A stretch of 60,234 nucleotides of DNA from a virus (IMGVR_UViG_3300045996_001815:1-60234); one strand, 5' to 3'. Shown: positions 8,335 through 18,619, counted from the first letter of the stretch. The notes: a model not told the origin generated them from the sequence alone. Made by a program: numbers and translations.

Positions 8335-10258
8335 CAGATGCCTCGACCTTGGCCGGCGCCATCTCTGCGACTCCCACAGCCATCGTCAGAGCCACAAGCG
8401 GGTCGATGCGGTTCGTGGCCTTGCGCTTCGAGAACCATCGGTTGTCAAACGCGTCGCGCTCCACAGCTGCCGACATGCAGGCTGCGATCACCACCGGCGA
8501 ACTGCGTATTCGAATGCGCCCCTCGAGGATCAGGTTTTCCAGCGCGTTCACGCTCGCGGGCATCCACAGTCCCTGCGGCGGTTCTTCGCGCTGCAGCCGC
8601 GCGTCCTCGATCCAGTGCGCAGGGGCTTTGCCACGACGCACGCCGCCCTGCGGGTGCTCGATCTGGTCGATGCTCACACCGATGTTGCCGAGCTCATCCT
8701 CGAGCCGCTTGTACGCATACCGGTCGTAACCCAGCATCCGCAGCGAGAAATACGAATTCAGCTCGGCAATCTTCGCCGCGATAAAGTCCAGGCGAATCAT
8801 CTGGCCGGGCTCGGCGTGCAAGTGGCCCGCCTTGACCCAGGCTCGATATGGCGCACGGTCGCGCAGCTCGCGCTCGTCCACCGTGTCGCCTGGCGTCCAT
8901 ACCTCGAGCCATGCATCGTAGGTCGGCAGCTGCACGATCTGGCCATCGTCGCGAGGTACCTCGACGAATCCCGTCTTCACCACGGCAGCGAGCGCGGACA
9001 TATCGCGTGAGCCGGACAGGTCCACCGCCGCGCACACTTCCTTGCCGACGTGGATCATCGGATCGAAGTCGGCCAGCACGCGCTCGAGCGCAGGCCTTGT
9101 AATCCAGGCCGTGTCAGCGTCCGTCCACTGACAGAAATGCAGCCGCAAGATTCCGTTCGCCTTGCCGGCGATCGACTTCGCCTGCGAGACCGCGGCGCGC
9201 AGCGTCTCGCGCTTCACGATCACGTCCAGAAGCGGGTTGGCCTTGATCCAACAACTCTCGTCCTCGAAGGGATCATCGCCGCTGTCCATGGCGCAGACGT
9301 ACGAGAACTGCTGGTCGCCGCCGTCCAGGATCTCCCCGACGTACGAGAATTCCTCGTCGGGCGAACTCGTGCCAGCCGCAACCTTCACTGCCCACTCGTG
9401 CTCGTTCCAACAGACCGTCGTGCGGTCGCTGCCCGAGTTCGTGATCATGAACAGCAAAGGCTGCTCGCGACTCTTGAAGCCGCGCTCGAGCATGTCGATG
9501 GTGTTGCCACCGTCATGATGCTCGTGCACCTCATCGCACAGCGCGCATGACGGACGCGGCCCGGATTTCCCATCGTCCGATGAGATCGGACGAAAGAAGG
9601 ATCCTGTGCGGTGGTCCGCCAGGTTCCACACCGGGTTGCCGCCAGACTTGACGATGCGCTTCGACAGCGCGGGCGATAGATCCACCATCGCAACGGCGTC
9701 TCGAAACAACACCATCGCCTGGTCTTTCTTCGACGCGGCAGCATACACCTCGGCGCGAGACTCGCCATCGGCCAGCATGCACAGAAGGCCTATGCCAGCG
9801 GCCAGCGGTGACTTGCCGTTGCCTTTTCCCTGCTCGATGTACACGCGCCGGAAGCGACGCATGCCATCAGACTTTCGCGTCCACCCGAAGACCGAGCCTA
9901 TGATGAACGCCTGCGACGGATGCAGGGCGAACGACACGTTCTCGAACTTCCCGCCGTTCAACTTCAGCACGTTTTCAAAGAAACCGAGCGCCCAGTCGGC
10001 ACTGCGCTCGGGCGGGCGGCCATCCTTCTTCGCTCGCTCGCGCTCCCGCGGCGTCACCACATTCCATTCGTACCCGCGCTCGCTCGCGTGCTCCAGGTCA
10101 TCGAGATGCCGCCGGCACGCGTTTCGCACGTGCGGGCCGGCGACGATATCGCCGCTGACCACGGCGCGCGCGTACTCGGTCGTACGGTCGGCAGCGCGGG
10201 CGCGCCGCCTAGACGTACTTGGCGCCGGGGTCCTTCGGGCCTTCTTCTTCTGGCGCAT
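8315..10258 (-). CDS. terL: Terminase large subunit
   Basis: GKGNGKS Walker A, LCDEVH Walker B, KANP, DLS...D nuclease motif, RIDP..AL.MA. Confidence 0.96.
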   Translation of the reverse strand: MRQKKKARRTPAPSTSRRRARAADRTTEYARAVVSGDIVAGPHVRNACRRHLDDLEHASERGYEWNVVTPRERERAKKDGRPPERSADWALGFFENVLKLNGGKFENVSFALHPSQAFIIGSVFGWTRKSDGMRRFRRVYIEQGKGNGKSPLAAGIGLLCMLADGESRAEVYAAASKKDQAMVLFRDAVAMVDLSPALSKRIVKSGGNPVWNLADHRTGSFFRPISSDDGKSGPRPSCALCDEVHEHHDGGNTIDMLERGFKSREQPLLFMITNSGSDRTTVCWNEHEWAVKVAAGTSSPDEEFSYVGEILDGGDQQFSYVCAMDSGDDPFEDESCWIKANPLLDVIVKRETLRAAVSQAKSIAGKANGILRLHFCQWTDADTAWITRPALERVLADFDPMIHVGKEVCAAVDLSGSRDMSALAAVVKTGFVEVPRDDGQIVQLPTYDAWLEVWTPGDTVDERELRDRAPYRAWVKAGHLHAEPGQMIRLDFIAAKIAELNSYFSLRMLGYDRYAYKRLEDELGNIGVSIDQIEHPQGGVRRGKAPAHWIEDARLQREEPPQGLWMPASVNALENLILEGRIRIRSSPVVIAACMSAAVERDAFDNRWFSKRKATNRIDPLVALTMAVGVAEMAPAKVEASVGVSVW

Positions 10259-10691
10259 TGATCCGGGTTCGAGCGGCTGGCGAGAAGCCGAGAGCACCCG
10301 CGAGCTGCAACAGCAAGACCGCCTGCCGATTGATGATGCTCAGGTACGAGGACTGCATGTAGCCGCCCTTGGTCATCGCCAACAGCTCCTCGCCACCCTC
10401 CTCGCGAGCCTTCGCGTCCTTGGCTGCCTGGAGCCTGCTGGCGCGTGCGTGCAGCTCGCTGGCCTTGCACCAGGCGATCAGCAGGTCGCGGTCGATGTGC
10501 GTCAGCAATCCGGGCGGGCAATTGTCCAGCGTGTAGCGCCAGACGTCGGCCTGAGCCTCGGTAAAATCAGCCGGCGGCTTCGTGCCCTTGAGATCGCCAC
10601 GAGGCTTCGGCTCATTTTTCGGCAGCGCGCGCTTGCCCCGATTTCCCTCGATGATTTTCAGTACGGTGGGCTTTCTTTGCGGTCCCGGCAT
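10209..10691 (-). CDS. terS: Terminase small subunit (P27 family)
   Basis: KPT.LK...GN.GKR at the N-terminus and LGFSPAARTRI. Confidence 0.9.
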   Translation of the reverse strand: MPGPQRKPTVLKIIEGNRGKRALPKNEPKPRGDLKGTKPPADFTEAQADVWRYTLDNCPPGLLTHIDRDLLIAWCKASELHARASRLQAAKDAKAREEGGEELLAMTKGGYMQSSYLSIINRQAVLLLQLAGALGFSPAARTRINAPEEEGPKDPGAKYV

Positions 10692-10772
10692 CTCAAATTG
10701 ACCCTAATTCAAACCTGCGGAGCTGCACACGAATGCACAGCTCGGTTAAAGCACTGATTTCCCTGAAAATAC
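10692..10772. other. Probable cos region
   Basis: Intergenic between HNH and terS as in HK97-like cos phages; GAGCTG...CAGCTC inverted repeat at 10720-10743; cut site not identifiable. Confidence 0.45.
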
Positions 10773-11084
10773 CTAAACCCGTCCACCGGTGTCCACGGGC
10801 CATCCATCCAGAGTGCATCCTCTCAATCTGAACTTCCCATCACCCTTCCTGGCGTATCGACCCTTGCGCTCCTTGACCTGGTTGTCATGGTCCCTGCATA
10901 GGGTGCGCAGATTGGACAGCACGTCATGTGGGGTTGGGTGCGGCTTGTCCGGCCGCGCCACGATGTGGTCTGCGATGTTGCCCCTGCGATTGCAACCCGG
11001 CACCACGCAGGTGTGCTGGTCCCGCTCCAGGCACTGCAGTCGCAGCGCGCGCCAGTGCGGTGTCTGGTAGTAGGGACTGCTCAT
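10773..11084 (-). CDS. Packaging-associated HNH endonuclease (HK97 gp74-like)
   Basis: W..LR...LERD..C...GC...ADHI...NL.TLC..H. Confidence 0.9.
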   Translation of the reverse strand: MSSPYYQTPHWRALRLQCLERDQHTCVVPGCNRRGNIADHIVARPDKPHPTPHDVLSNLRTLCRDHDNQVKERKGRYARKGDGKFRLRGCTLDGWPVDTGGRV

Positions 11085-11605
11085 CACACCACGTTCACAT
11101 AGATCGGCTGCTTGTAGATCGGGCCCGAGGTCATCGTGATGCTCACGACCACCAGGTAGGTCTCTCCCTGCGTACCGCCGCCGATCATCGCGTTCGTGGA
11201 GAGGGCGGTGTTGGTCACTCCAGTGATCGTCAGTGCCGCATCCGGCGGCGACTCTTGATCCCAGGTTGCGCTCGCAATCGTGTCCTGACCTGCCGCAGCA
11301 GGGGCAAGTGCCGTCCACTGCAGCGATCCATCTTGAGTCACGCCGCTGAGCGCCCATGCCGGTTCGTCGCTGCCAGTCTGGCCATCGGCGGATGTCTTGT
11401 AGACGAATCCAGTCGCGTTGTCTTCCGTTGGTCGAATGAAGGAGTTCGCAACTACCGAGACGAGAGATTGCCACACTGGGACCGATGCTTCCGACGCATC
11501 CAGGCTGAACGGCCTGCGCTCCCCGGCTTTCTGAGTGGCGTACTGCGGATTCAACGCCTGACTGACGAATGATTCGCTCACGTTCAGGGCTAGCACAACA
11601 TCCAT
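11084..11605 (-). CDS. Putative fibre adaptor protein with small inserted domain
   Basis: C-terminal IGGGTQGETY.V...ITMTSG pattern; insert W...GQTGSDEPAW...DG.LQW. Confidence 0.5.
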   Translation of the reverse strand: MDVVLALNVSESFVSQALNPQYATQKAGERRPFSLDASEASVPVWQSLVSVVANSFIRPTEDNATGFVYKTSADGQTGSDEPAWALSGVTQDGSLQWTALAPAAAGQDTIASATWDQESPPDAALTITGVTNTALSTNAMIGGGTQGETYLVVVSITMTSGPIYKQPIYVNVV

Positions 11606-12189
11606 CAGATCGACCAGGAACCGCTCACATTCAAAGTGTCGCCGTTGATCACGGCACGATCGCCACCAGAGAACAGGCCTGCCGAGTAGGCAACGCCAGT
11701 GGTGCCGTCCTTGGTGCTGTTCGTGACAATGAATGCGCCCTTCACCGTGCCTGTCGCGGTGATCGAGAACGCCGAGGCTGCCGAAGTTGCTTTGCTTCCC
11801 GAGCTCGCTGCTGCAAACGTGACAGCCGGGCGGGTGCTCTGTGAGTAGTTCGGGGCATTGGTAGGACCTGCTTCGGTCCATCCCGCGTGCGATGCAATCG
11901 TGTCAGCCGCGGAGATCGCGCTGAACGATACGCTCGATATCAATCCCATGAACCATGCAGCGGTGTAGCTCGAGCCAGCGAAGTACTTGTCGAGCAGGTC
12001 GTTCTTTCCGGCCGTCAGCACCGTGTTGTAGAAGTGATCGGTCCACTTCAATTCACCGTCGGCACCACGGCATTCGACCTCGAACCGAAACCGAGGCGCA
12101 TTGATGTGCTCGACGATCCCCCCGCCGGCAGAGAGCTGAGCCGCACACTGCGCATTTGAATTCGCTTGCTCGATCACGTGTTGCTCCAA
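11605..12189 (-). CDS. Putative fibre/appendage structural protein
   Basis: N.V...GKN.LLD, WTE...Y...RP, F......TV.GAF, DR.V.NGDTLNV motifs typical of phage fibre-associated beta proteins. Confidence 0.55.
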   Translation of the reverse strand: MEQHVIEQANSNAQCAAQLSAGGGIVEHINAPRFRFEVECRGADGELKWTDHFYNTVLTAGKNDLLDKYFAGSSYTAAWFMGLISSVSFSAISAADTIASHAGWTEAGPTNAPNYSQSTRPAVTFAAASSGSKATSAASAFSITATGTVKGAFIVTNSTKDGTTGVAYSAGLFSGGDRAVINGDTLNVSGSWSI

Positions 12190-12190
12190 A

Positions 12191-13363
12191 TCAATTCGGT
12201 CGAAGTTTGATGCGTCGTGTCAGCCCGGTGATGACGATGATGCGATTGCCTCTCGGTGGCCCGCCGGTGCTCATCGCATCAATTGCGGTCGCGACCTCGG
12301 TCAGTGATGCGACTCCAACCATCTGCGACAGCTCGGCGTGGCTTGCATTTGCTGACTCGATCAGCGATGCAGCCGCCTGCAGCAGCGTGCTGTGCGCGTC
12401 GCCTGCGCTCGCGTTCTCTGCAATGGATGCCGCCGCGAGCAGCGCGCCGGTGATCGCATCAGTCGATGACCCGCTCTCTGCGATCGAGACGTTGTAGGTG
12501 CTGCCGGCGATTGATCCGTCAAGGCCCTCTGCGGCGCTGCCAGCCTCTGACAGCTGCCCGATCAGACTAGCGATCGACGAAAACAGCTCGTCGGCCGATC
12601 CGCTCTCAGTCAGCACCCCGACGGCAGTGACAACCGAACTTACCGAGTCAGTCGCGCTCGCCGCCTCGCTCAGTAGCGAATCGTTGCCAGTTGTGGAACT
12701 GACCGAATCTGTGCCGCTGGCCGCCTCTGTAATGGTCGCGACCGCCACCAGCGAGGCCGATTCGCTGTCGGTACCGGATGCAGCCTCAGAGATGCTCCCG
12801 ACTGCGGTGTTGGCCGCCGAATCCGAGTCGCTGGCTGACCCGGCCTCTGAGAGGGCCCCGACTGCGACCAACGCAGCCGTCAGCGCATCGGCTCCAGCTG
12901 CGGACTCAGCAATGGAGACATCGTATGCGCTGGGGGCAAGCGTCAGAGGCCGATATAGAACATCAGCTGATAGCCTGTGCCTGCGCCTTGGCGCCGCACC
13001 ATCAAGCTTGATTCCCAACAGCGGCAGTGCCAGCCCTGTCTGTACAAGGGTAGTGCCGAGCAAATCGAGCGGCTGGTAAAGCGAAAGCCTGCGCACCCTG
13101 CGCGGCGCCGAATCAGTCAGCGACGCAATTGCTGCCTCGGGACCGTCGTAGACGATCAGGCCTTGCGAGGCCAGCGCCTCGCCTCGCGATCTATGCCTAC
13201 GGGGCGCCGATTCGAACAGCCGTCCCGTGCGCAGCGGAAGGTTCAGTCCTCCCGGCGCGGCTGCCAGGGTTGTGCCCAGCAGGTTGGGAAACGGTTCGAC
13301 TCTTGGTATTGGCCGCTTGTTTTGCCGCTGAGAGACCAGCGGCGGGCGCAGTATGTCGGCCAT
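12191..13363 (-). CDS. Repeat-rich fibre shaft protein
   Basis: About eleven 20-aa repeats like [20 protein letters not shown]; N-terminal APRR repeats. Confidence 0.6.
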   Translation of the reverse strand: MADILRPPLVSQRQNKRPIPRVEPFPNLLGTTLAAAPGGLNLPLRTGRLFESAPRRHRSRGEALASQGLIVYDGPEAAIASLTDSAPRRVRRLSLYQPLDLLGTTLVQTGLALPLLGIKLDGAAPRRRHRLSADVLYRPLTLAPSAYDVSIAESAAGADALTAALVAVGALSEAGSASDSDSAANTAVGSISEAASGTDSESASLVAVATITEAASGTDSVSSTTGNDSLLSEAASATDSVSSVVTAVGVLTESGSADELFSSIASLIGQLSEAGSAAEGLDGSIAGSTYNVSIAESGSSTDAITGALLAAASIAENASAGDAHSTLLQAAASLIESANASHAELSQMVGVASLTEVATAIDAMSTGGPPRGNRIIVITGLTRRIKLRPN

Positions 13364-13386
13364 GCGCCCTCCAAAGAATCAGTCGA

Positions 13387-13884
13387 TCAGGCGATCTCGT
13401 AGACGATATGCGATGAGCAAATTCCGCTCGAGCCGGTGGTTCCAGAGTAGGAAACCTCGCCGAGCGAGGCAGTATTGCCGACTACAGTGATCTCTTCGCC
13501 GTGGCGAGCCTGCCAGCGCACGATGCCCCCGAACGCGTTCATCGAGTGCTGCAGCAAGTGGCCAAGTGTTGCGGATCTCTGCGGCTTGGTTGTGCTCACA
13601 CGGCCGAATGTTGCGAGGGTGCCGGGGGCCACGGAACTACCATCCAGATTCGCGTTCGTGCATCCGCTGATGCCAGTTGCCGCCACTGTGGAATCACGGC
13701 CGAAGACGAGCAATGCGGTGGCTGAAGACGTTGATTCACCGCCCGCCTGCACCTCGCTGATTCGCAGTTGCATGGTCGAGCTGCCGCCCTGCAAGAAACA
13801 AAGGTAACCGTTGTCCGTCATCGCAGTGGTGTCAGCTACTGCCGTCAATGTGACGGATTGCGATCCGAGTGAGTAACGAGCCAT
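13387..13884 (-). CDS. Hypothetical beta-rich virion-like protein
   Basis: AGGAG RBS, Ser/Thr/Gly-rich. Confidence 0.55.
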   Translation of the reverse strand: MARYSLGSQSVTLTAVADTTAMTDNGYLCFLQGGSSTMQLRISEVQAGGESTSSATALLVFGRDSTVAATGISGCTNANLDGSSVAPGTLATFGRVSTTKPQRSATLGHLLQHSMNAFGGIVRWQARHGEEITVVGNTASLGEVSYSGTTGSSGICSSHIVYEIA

Positions 13885-13894
13885 CGACTTGCTC

Positions 13895-14269
13895 CTATGC
13901 GCTCAATCTTTTGAAAAAGTGAAACTCGGCCGCGGCGACAGGATTCGCGTCGCCTCTCGCTGCAGCATTCCGTACCTCTTCAGCGAACGCATTGAACGGC
14001 ACGCACTGGTGCGCGCTTGCATGGTAGCGCGCGTCGCAGGCATCGCATATCACCTTGTTGCAGCCCTTGCAGAATCCTCGAGGCCTTGTGCGGTTTCGAT
14101 TCTTGACCACCTGAGCCTGGCAATGCGAGCAGGTGTAGCACGCCTCCTCGAAGATGCCGCGCCCTGCTCCAGGGGGCAAACCCTGGGGCACCACCACCTC
14201 ATCGGGCACGCCCTCGTTGCAGCGGTTGTCGATGAGCAGGACGCCTTCGAGGCTTGCAAGCGTTCTCAT
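13895..14269 (-). CDS. Cys-rich putative zinc-binding protein
   Basis: CSHC, CKGC, CDAC plus further Cys. Confidence 0.65.
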   Translation of the reverse strand: MRTLASLEGVLLIDNRCNEGVPDEVVVPQGLPPGAGRGIFEEACYTCSHCQAQVVKNRNRTRPRGFCKGCNKVICDACDARYHASAHQCVPFNAFAEEVRNAAARGDANPVAAAEFHFFKRLSA

Positions 14270-14826
14270 GTCATCACCTGGGCAAAGAGTGTGTCGCCAG
14301 CCTGGAAGTCTCCGACCTCGACGTTGATGACTCTAGCCGTCGAGTCATACATGAAGATTCCAGCCTGCCCGCTCGAGAAAGTGGTATCGGTGAAGCTGTT
14401 GATCGTGGCCGCCCCGATCTTGGTCAGGTACGACGTGCCCTGGACCTCCATGTATATATCGCTCGTCGTTTGATAGGTGCCGGCGTCACGATCGACAAAG
14501 CTTCCGAAAGACCCAGCGACCAGGACGTAGACTTCGACGTCGGTCGCGTTGTAGTCGGTCATCAGCACCGCGCCAGCCGAACCAGACTGGCACCGAACCA
14601 TGCAGCCGAAGTCGCGATTCCCGACAGTCGATGGCCTGATCTTGCAGTAGTGATCGTTCGGCGTTACGACGTTGATGCGCGCGCCACAGTCACCATCTGA
14701 GCCCGAAGCATTCGCTATCGTGTTGGAGAGCCGCCTCAGTGCTGTCCATCCTGTCAATGTGACGTAGCTGCCCCCGATCGGGTTGGCATCAGCACCAACG
14801 CCGCTGTCAGTGAACAGAACTGTCAC
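14266..14826 (-). CDS. Concanavalin-like lectin domain protein
   Basis: ANPIGG...TDTTFSSGQAGI pattern; paralogous to 15398..16057. Confidence 0.5.
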   Translation of the reverse strand: MTVLFTDSGVGADANPIGGSYVTLTGWTALRRLSNTIANASGSDGDCGARINVVTPNDHYCKIRPSTVGNRDFGCMVRCQSGSAGAVLMTDYNATDVEVYVLVAGSFGSFVDRDAGTYQTTSDIYMEVQGTSYLTKIGAATINSFTDTTFSSGQAGIFMYDSTARVINVEVGDFQAGDTLFAQVMT

Positions 14827-15401
14827 AACTCAACCTTGCACGCACGCACCGGTCGAGAATCGAACTGGGCACCGATCGCGGCCAAAGCGGCGCGTAGAGT
14901 CGTGGTGCCAGCAATGCCGGCAGTGCTCAACCCGAGGGCTTGGGCCGCATCCTGCATCCCTGTGCGCACTGGCTGCGGCAGCGTATTGATTTGGCTATCC
15001 AGCGATGACTGCAGGAAACGCAGCGCGCGACCTTCGAGATTGCAGAAAAGCGCGAAGATCCCAGCCAGCCGCCGCAGCACCATCCGGAAGGTCTGCCCGT
15101 TGGCGACCCAATGTGCCGGCACGTTCAGCGCCTCGAGCGCATTCACAATCTGCGTGCGCGCGGCGTTCGTCACGGCCGTATCAAGATTGGCAGGAAACGC
15201 CCGCACGTCAGCGTTCGCCACCATCGCGGTGTGCTGCTCGTCAGTGATGTCCACCACGAACAGGCACGCGCCTTCCTGGCCATAGCGCAGCATCGTGCAG
15301 CTGCGTCCATCGACCAATCCGAGGTACTTCGGCAGCCTTATCTGCGCGAATCGGCCGCGAGAACCGACAACGATCGGCATCAGATAGACCCGGATCGTCA
15401 T
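14823..15401 (-). CDS. Hypothetical protein
   Basis: Start/stop overlaps on both sides. Confidence 0.6.
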   Translation of the reverse strand: MTIRVYLMPIVVGSRGRFAQIRLPKYLGLVDGRSCTMLRYGQEGACLFVVDITDEQHTAMVANADVRAFPANLDTAVTNAARTQIVNALEALNVPAHWVANGQTFRMVLRRLAGIFALFCNLEGRALRFLQSSLDSQINTLPQPVRTGMQDAAQALGLSTAGIAGTTTLRAALAAIGAQFDSRPVRACKVEL

Positions 15402-16057
15402 AGCCGCTGCACCGTGAAGTCAGTAGGGCAGAAGTTCTGTGGCGTTGCCCCAGTGTTCGTGTAGAAGCCCATCCCAGGCCCGCCGCCGCTCGTCCAGGTG
15501 CTGTCGGTGAGGGTGTAGATCAGCGTGCTGTTCTGGTACACGCTGATGTCGTTTCCAACGATCTCCGCTTCAAGCAGGTCGCCGTTCTGCACGTTCGCCA
15601 AGCCGCCGTTCTGAGCGGTCGGCGACAGGATGCTGAAGTTGTCCGGGAACGAGTGATTGACGCCGAGCCACGCCACGAGCTGGAACGACCCGCTGTCGTA
15701 GGGGAACAGGCACTCGTACCCGCGCACGAGTGTGTTGCTCGGGTTGCTGTTGTCGATCAGCAGTCGCAAGTATAGGCCGATCTCGTGCGAGACACCCGGG
15801 CTGTATCCGCCCTGTCGAAACACATGCAAGCCGATGCGGTAGTTGTTGCCCATGTTCGGTGACACGAGCTGCGCCAGCGCGTCATCGAAGTTGTCCGTCG
15901 CGCCGTTGCTGAAGCACTTGCCAGGCGTGGTCTGTGGTGCACGGTAGAAGTTGACCGCGGTGCGCCACGCGCCTGACTGGCTCAGCGGATTCTCGGTTGC
16001 CGGGAACGCTGTCGAGAAATTCGACGGCGCCGGTGTCAGCCGGAGTATCGGACGCAT
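15398..16057 (-). CDS. Concanavalin-like lectin domain protein; first late gene
   Basis: ENPLSQSGAW...TDSTWTSGGGPGMGF; GGAG RBS before ATG 16057. Confidence 0.55.
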   Translation of the reverse strand: MRPILRLTPAPSNFSTAFPATENPLSQSGAWRTAVNFYRAPQTTPGKCFSNGATDNFDDALAQLVSPNMGNNYRIGLHVFRQGGYSPGVSHEIGLYLRLLIDNSNPSNTLVRGYECLFPYDSGSFQLVAWLGVNHSFPDNFSILSPTAQNGGLANVQNGDLLEAEIVGNDISVYQNSTLIYTLTDSTWTSGGGPGMGFYTNTGATPQNFCPTDFTVQRL

Positions 16058-16072
16058 GGGCTCCAGAAACGC

Positions 16073-16103
16073 AAAAGCCCGCAGCACTCTGGGAGTGGCG
16101 GGC
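16073..16103 (-). terminator. tR'-like terminator at the start of the late operon
   Basis: GCCCGC...GCGGGC followed by TTTT, just downstream of the Q-like gene. Confidence 0.65.
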
Positions 16104-16134
16104 CGAATTGAAATCCTATGGACGTAGCTGTCCG

Positions 16135-16169
16135 GGGCTAATCAGACCATACTGAAAAGGTATTTGCAA
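16135..16169 (-). promoter_or_regulatory. Candidate pR'-like late promoter
   Basis: TTGCAA at 16169-16164 right after the Q-like stop; -10 element is weak. Confidence 0.35.
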
Positions 16170-16177
16170 TCGCCGAT

Positions 16178-16663
16178 TTACGACTCTTCCGGCTCCCTGA
16201 TCCACCTCATCGCATGGGAGTGAGCATCCGTACACCAGGACTCCAGAATCATCCTGACCCCTTCGTAGCGCCGCGAGAGCTCCTGATCCCAGAGCTGCTG
16301 AGATACCTCGATAACCGCGGGCCAGATGCGCGCGTGCCCGACTATCCAATGATGCTCCTCGAACAGCGCAAGCTTGACTAGCTGCTCGAGATAACGCTTG
16401 CCGCATTTCGTCCTGGTGGGCCAACCCTCCCGCTCCGCCAGCGCCGCGGCCTCGTTCATGAGGCATCCGTAGAGCGTGGAGTAGAGCAAGCGATCTCCAG
16501 CCCAGCGATAAGCGAAGGCGGCATAGCGGCGCCTGTCCAAGCCCTGGCATGCCATAGCCGCATCCTCGGCAGTCCACTCAGGCTTATCGCCACCCGGAAC
16601 CCAGTCGAAGCGCAGGGCCCGGCCTGCACTGATGGTCATGAGGCGCTCCGGCATTTCGCTCAC
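16178..16663 (-). CDS. Q-like late antiterminator (no Zn finger)
   Basis: GG..PE.T..D.A.A and W.....RY patterns as in lambda Q; followed by promoter and terminator. Confidence 0.6.
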   Translation of the reverse strand: MSEMPERLMTISAGRALRFDWVPGGDKPEWTAEDAAMACQGLDRRRYAAFAYRWAGDRLLYSTLYGCLMNEAAALAEREGWPTRTKCGKRYLEQLVKLALFEEHHWIVGHARIWPAVIEVSQQLWDQELSRRYEGVRMILESWCTDAHSHAMRWIREPEES

Positions 16664-17082
16664 GGCTGCTCCCCGATCGGCTCGGCGGCCGGCTCCGGAT
16701 GCTCCGCCGCTTGCTGATGAGCGATAACGCGCGCCTGCTTCACGCTGCGAAGTTGGTATTCAAATATTACCTCCAAACAACGCCGCACGTCAGTCTTTCC
16801 ATCAATGCGCAGCTTCGCGAGCGCTTCCTCCAAAGTGAGGCCACCGCTGTCAGGACGCTTGAGGATCGCAACGGCGCGAGTCTCGACTTTCTTGATGGCG
16901 GCAGCGATCTGCTTCGGCGTGGCGTTCTCTGGCACTTGAAGGTCGGCCTCCACATCCATCTTGTATCGATGCTGCAGTCCGAATGCGGGATGCTCGGCAG
17001 GCGGAGGCTCGTCCGCGCGCGCATCCATCACGATCATGGCGAGCAGCACGATAGCGAGCGTGGTTCGTTTTTGATGCGTCAC
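16660..17082 (-). CDS. Hypothetical protein with N-terminal hydrophobic segment
   Basis: ORF coupled to the Q-like gene. Confidence 0.5.
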   Translation of the reverse strand: MTHQKRTTLAIVLLAMIVMDARADEPPPAEHPAFGLQHRYKMDVEADLQVPENATPKQIAAAIKKVETRAVAILKRPDSGGLTLEEALAKLRIDGKTDVRRCLEVIFEYQLRSVKQARVIAHQQAAEHPEPAAEPIGEQP

Positions 17083-17191
17083 TTGCTTGTACCTTCTGTC
17101 GATGAATTGAACATATGCGTGCTACCCTCCGGCGCGCTGAAGGGATGTTCCCTTGGCTCGGCGAAACTGCCGGCTTTCTCTTGGAGAATCC

Positions 17192-17578
17192 TTATCGAGT
17201 GATCTCACGATAGTTTGCCTTACAGGTGGCATCCCGCGGTTCGCTGCGGGGTGTCTGAGCTATTGGGTGACCACCGTAGAGATCTGTTGCGATCTTGAGG
17301 AGCTGGTTTTGCCCTTCCTGGGTCTTCACGGGTATCCCGAAGTAGTATTTCAGCCTGGTCTGCGCGTTGTAGTACGTGCCTCGCTCCATGCCTGTTGCGC
17401 GCGACATCTCGGCAGTCGTGAGCCCTCTGGCAAGCGCCTCGAGCAATACTGCCTCCCGTGCGCTGATCACAATGCCGGCTGAATGAACCCAGCGACGCGC
17501 GTCGTAGTCGTAGCGCACAATCATGCTGTGCTGAGAGCCTTGAAGATTTCGTCGAGCTGTCTTTGGACGAGAGGGCAT
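17192..17578 (-). CDS. LuxR/GerE-type HTH protein
   Basis: ISAREAVLLEALARGLTTAEMS..TG. Confidence 0.6.
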   Translation of the reverse strand: MPSRPKTARRNLQGSQHSMIVRYDYDARRWVHSAGIVISAREAVLLEALARGLTTAEMSRATGMERGTYYNAQTRLKYYFGIPVKTQEGQNQLLKIATDLYGGHPIAQTPRSEPRDATCKANYREITR

Positions 17579-17982
17579 CAGGCCACCACCTCGCGAATCT
17601 CGATGCCGTGGCATGCGGCCATGAGGCGCTTCTTGACCTTGTACAACTGAGTCACCGTCGCCTTGCTCTTCACGTCCTCGTAATGCCGCTGGCCTGCCTC
17701 GTCGACATACTGCAGGTCCAGCTCGTACTCGCAGATCACCACGCCGTTGACCTCGAGCGGGTATGTCACGTGGTGGCGAAGCTGGCTGATCTTGCCTGCG
17801 CGCTCGAGCAGCAGCAGCTCCTCGTACCTGCGCGCTTCCTTCCCGGAGTCGAATTGCTCGCCATTCACCACCGTGGGCTTGTTGCCGTACTTCGAGCGCT
17901 TCGCCTTGACCAACTTGGAGAGCGTGTCGCCGCGCACACGCTTCGCAACGATGGAGTCGAGCTGCTCCTGGGTGAGCCTCAT
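17578..17982 (-). CDS. DUF1064 family PD-(D/E)XK nuclease-like protein
   Basis: SKYGNK.T.V.G..FDS..EA.RY, EDVKS, YK.KK.LM. Confidence 0.85.
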   Translation of the reverse strand: MRLTQEQLDSIVAKRVRGDTLSKLVKAKRSKYGNKPTVVNGEQFDSGKEARRYEELLLLERAGKISQLRHHVTYPLEVNGVVICEYELDLQYVDEAGQRHYEDVKSKATVTQLYKVKKRLMAACHGIEIREVVA

Positions 17983-18176
17983 GTGTAGTCGCTCAACAGA
18001 GCCGCCGGCAACTGGTCCTTGATTTGCCGCGCACATCTCAGACAAAGATGCTTACCGTCAGTCGCGCGAGCATTGGTGACTTTGAAGTCTTGCATCCCAG
18101 AGAACTTCAGTCCCAGCAAATCGACGGGGTTCTTCTCGTCGCCGCAGATGTCGCAGCTGTAGATCTCCCGCTTCAC
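17979..18176 (-). CDS. Small Zn-finger protein
   Basis: CDIC...HLCLRC. Confidence 0.6.
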   Translation of the reverse strand: MKREIYSCDICGDEKNPVDLLGLKFSGMQDFKVTNARATDGKHLCLRCARQIKDQLPAALLSDYT

Positions 18177-18601
18177 GCCACCCTCCGCAGATACCAATCG
18201 CGAATCGCCCGAGCATCATGGAGCGCATGGTGCGGCACGGCCGACTGCGCGCCGTGCACATCGACCAGCGTGAAGCGCAGGTCAGGTGTCGCCACCCGAC
18301 AGCCGGGGCCGATGATCAGCGCATCGCAGAATCGCGCAATGTCCTCGGGCCAGTCGGCGATGACTTCGATCGGGCCACCAAGTGAGCGAAGGAAGGCGCC
18401 GAGCTCGTTGCCGAAGTCGGTCACATCCAGCGGCCTCGACCGCGACAGATGCGGCACCACGTTCGCCAGCACCCATGAGTTGCACCAAGCGTCCTTGAAC
18501 GCCATCTCCTGGTACCACTCGGCGCCGCTCTCGGCGACCACGGCCATCGAGATCAGGTGGCCCTTGTAGTCGGTCCATTCGCAGTCGATCCAGGCTCTCA
18601 T
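18173..18601 (-). CDS. DEDDh 3'-5' exoribonuclease-like protein
   Basis: IDCE, LISM, WV..NVVP, ADW..D, HHALHDA. Confidence 0.8.
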   Translation of the reverse strand: MRAWIDCEWTDYKGHLISMAVVAESGAEWYQEMAFKDAWCNSWVLANVVPHLSRSRPLDVTDFGNELGAFLRSLGGPIEVIADWPEDIARFCDALIIGPGCRVATPDLRFTLVDVHGAQSAVPHHALHDARAIRDWYLRRVA

Positions 18602-18619
18602 TGAGTCTCTCCTTTGGAA

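Noticed and set aside
9606-10757. Long antisense ORFs (also 33436..34587, 55743..56927 and others)
   Set aside because: They are shadows of well-supported genes on the opposite strand
12191-12930. 60-bp periodic repeats as a CRISPR array
   Set aside because: They are degenerate in-frame coding repeats with no unique spacers and no cas genes
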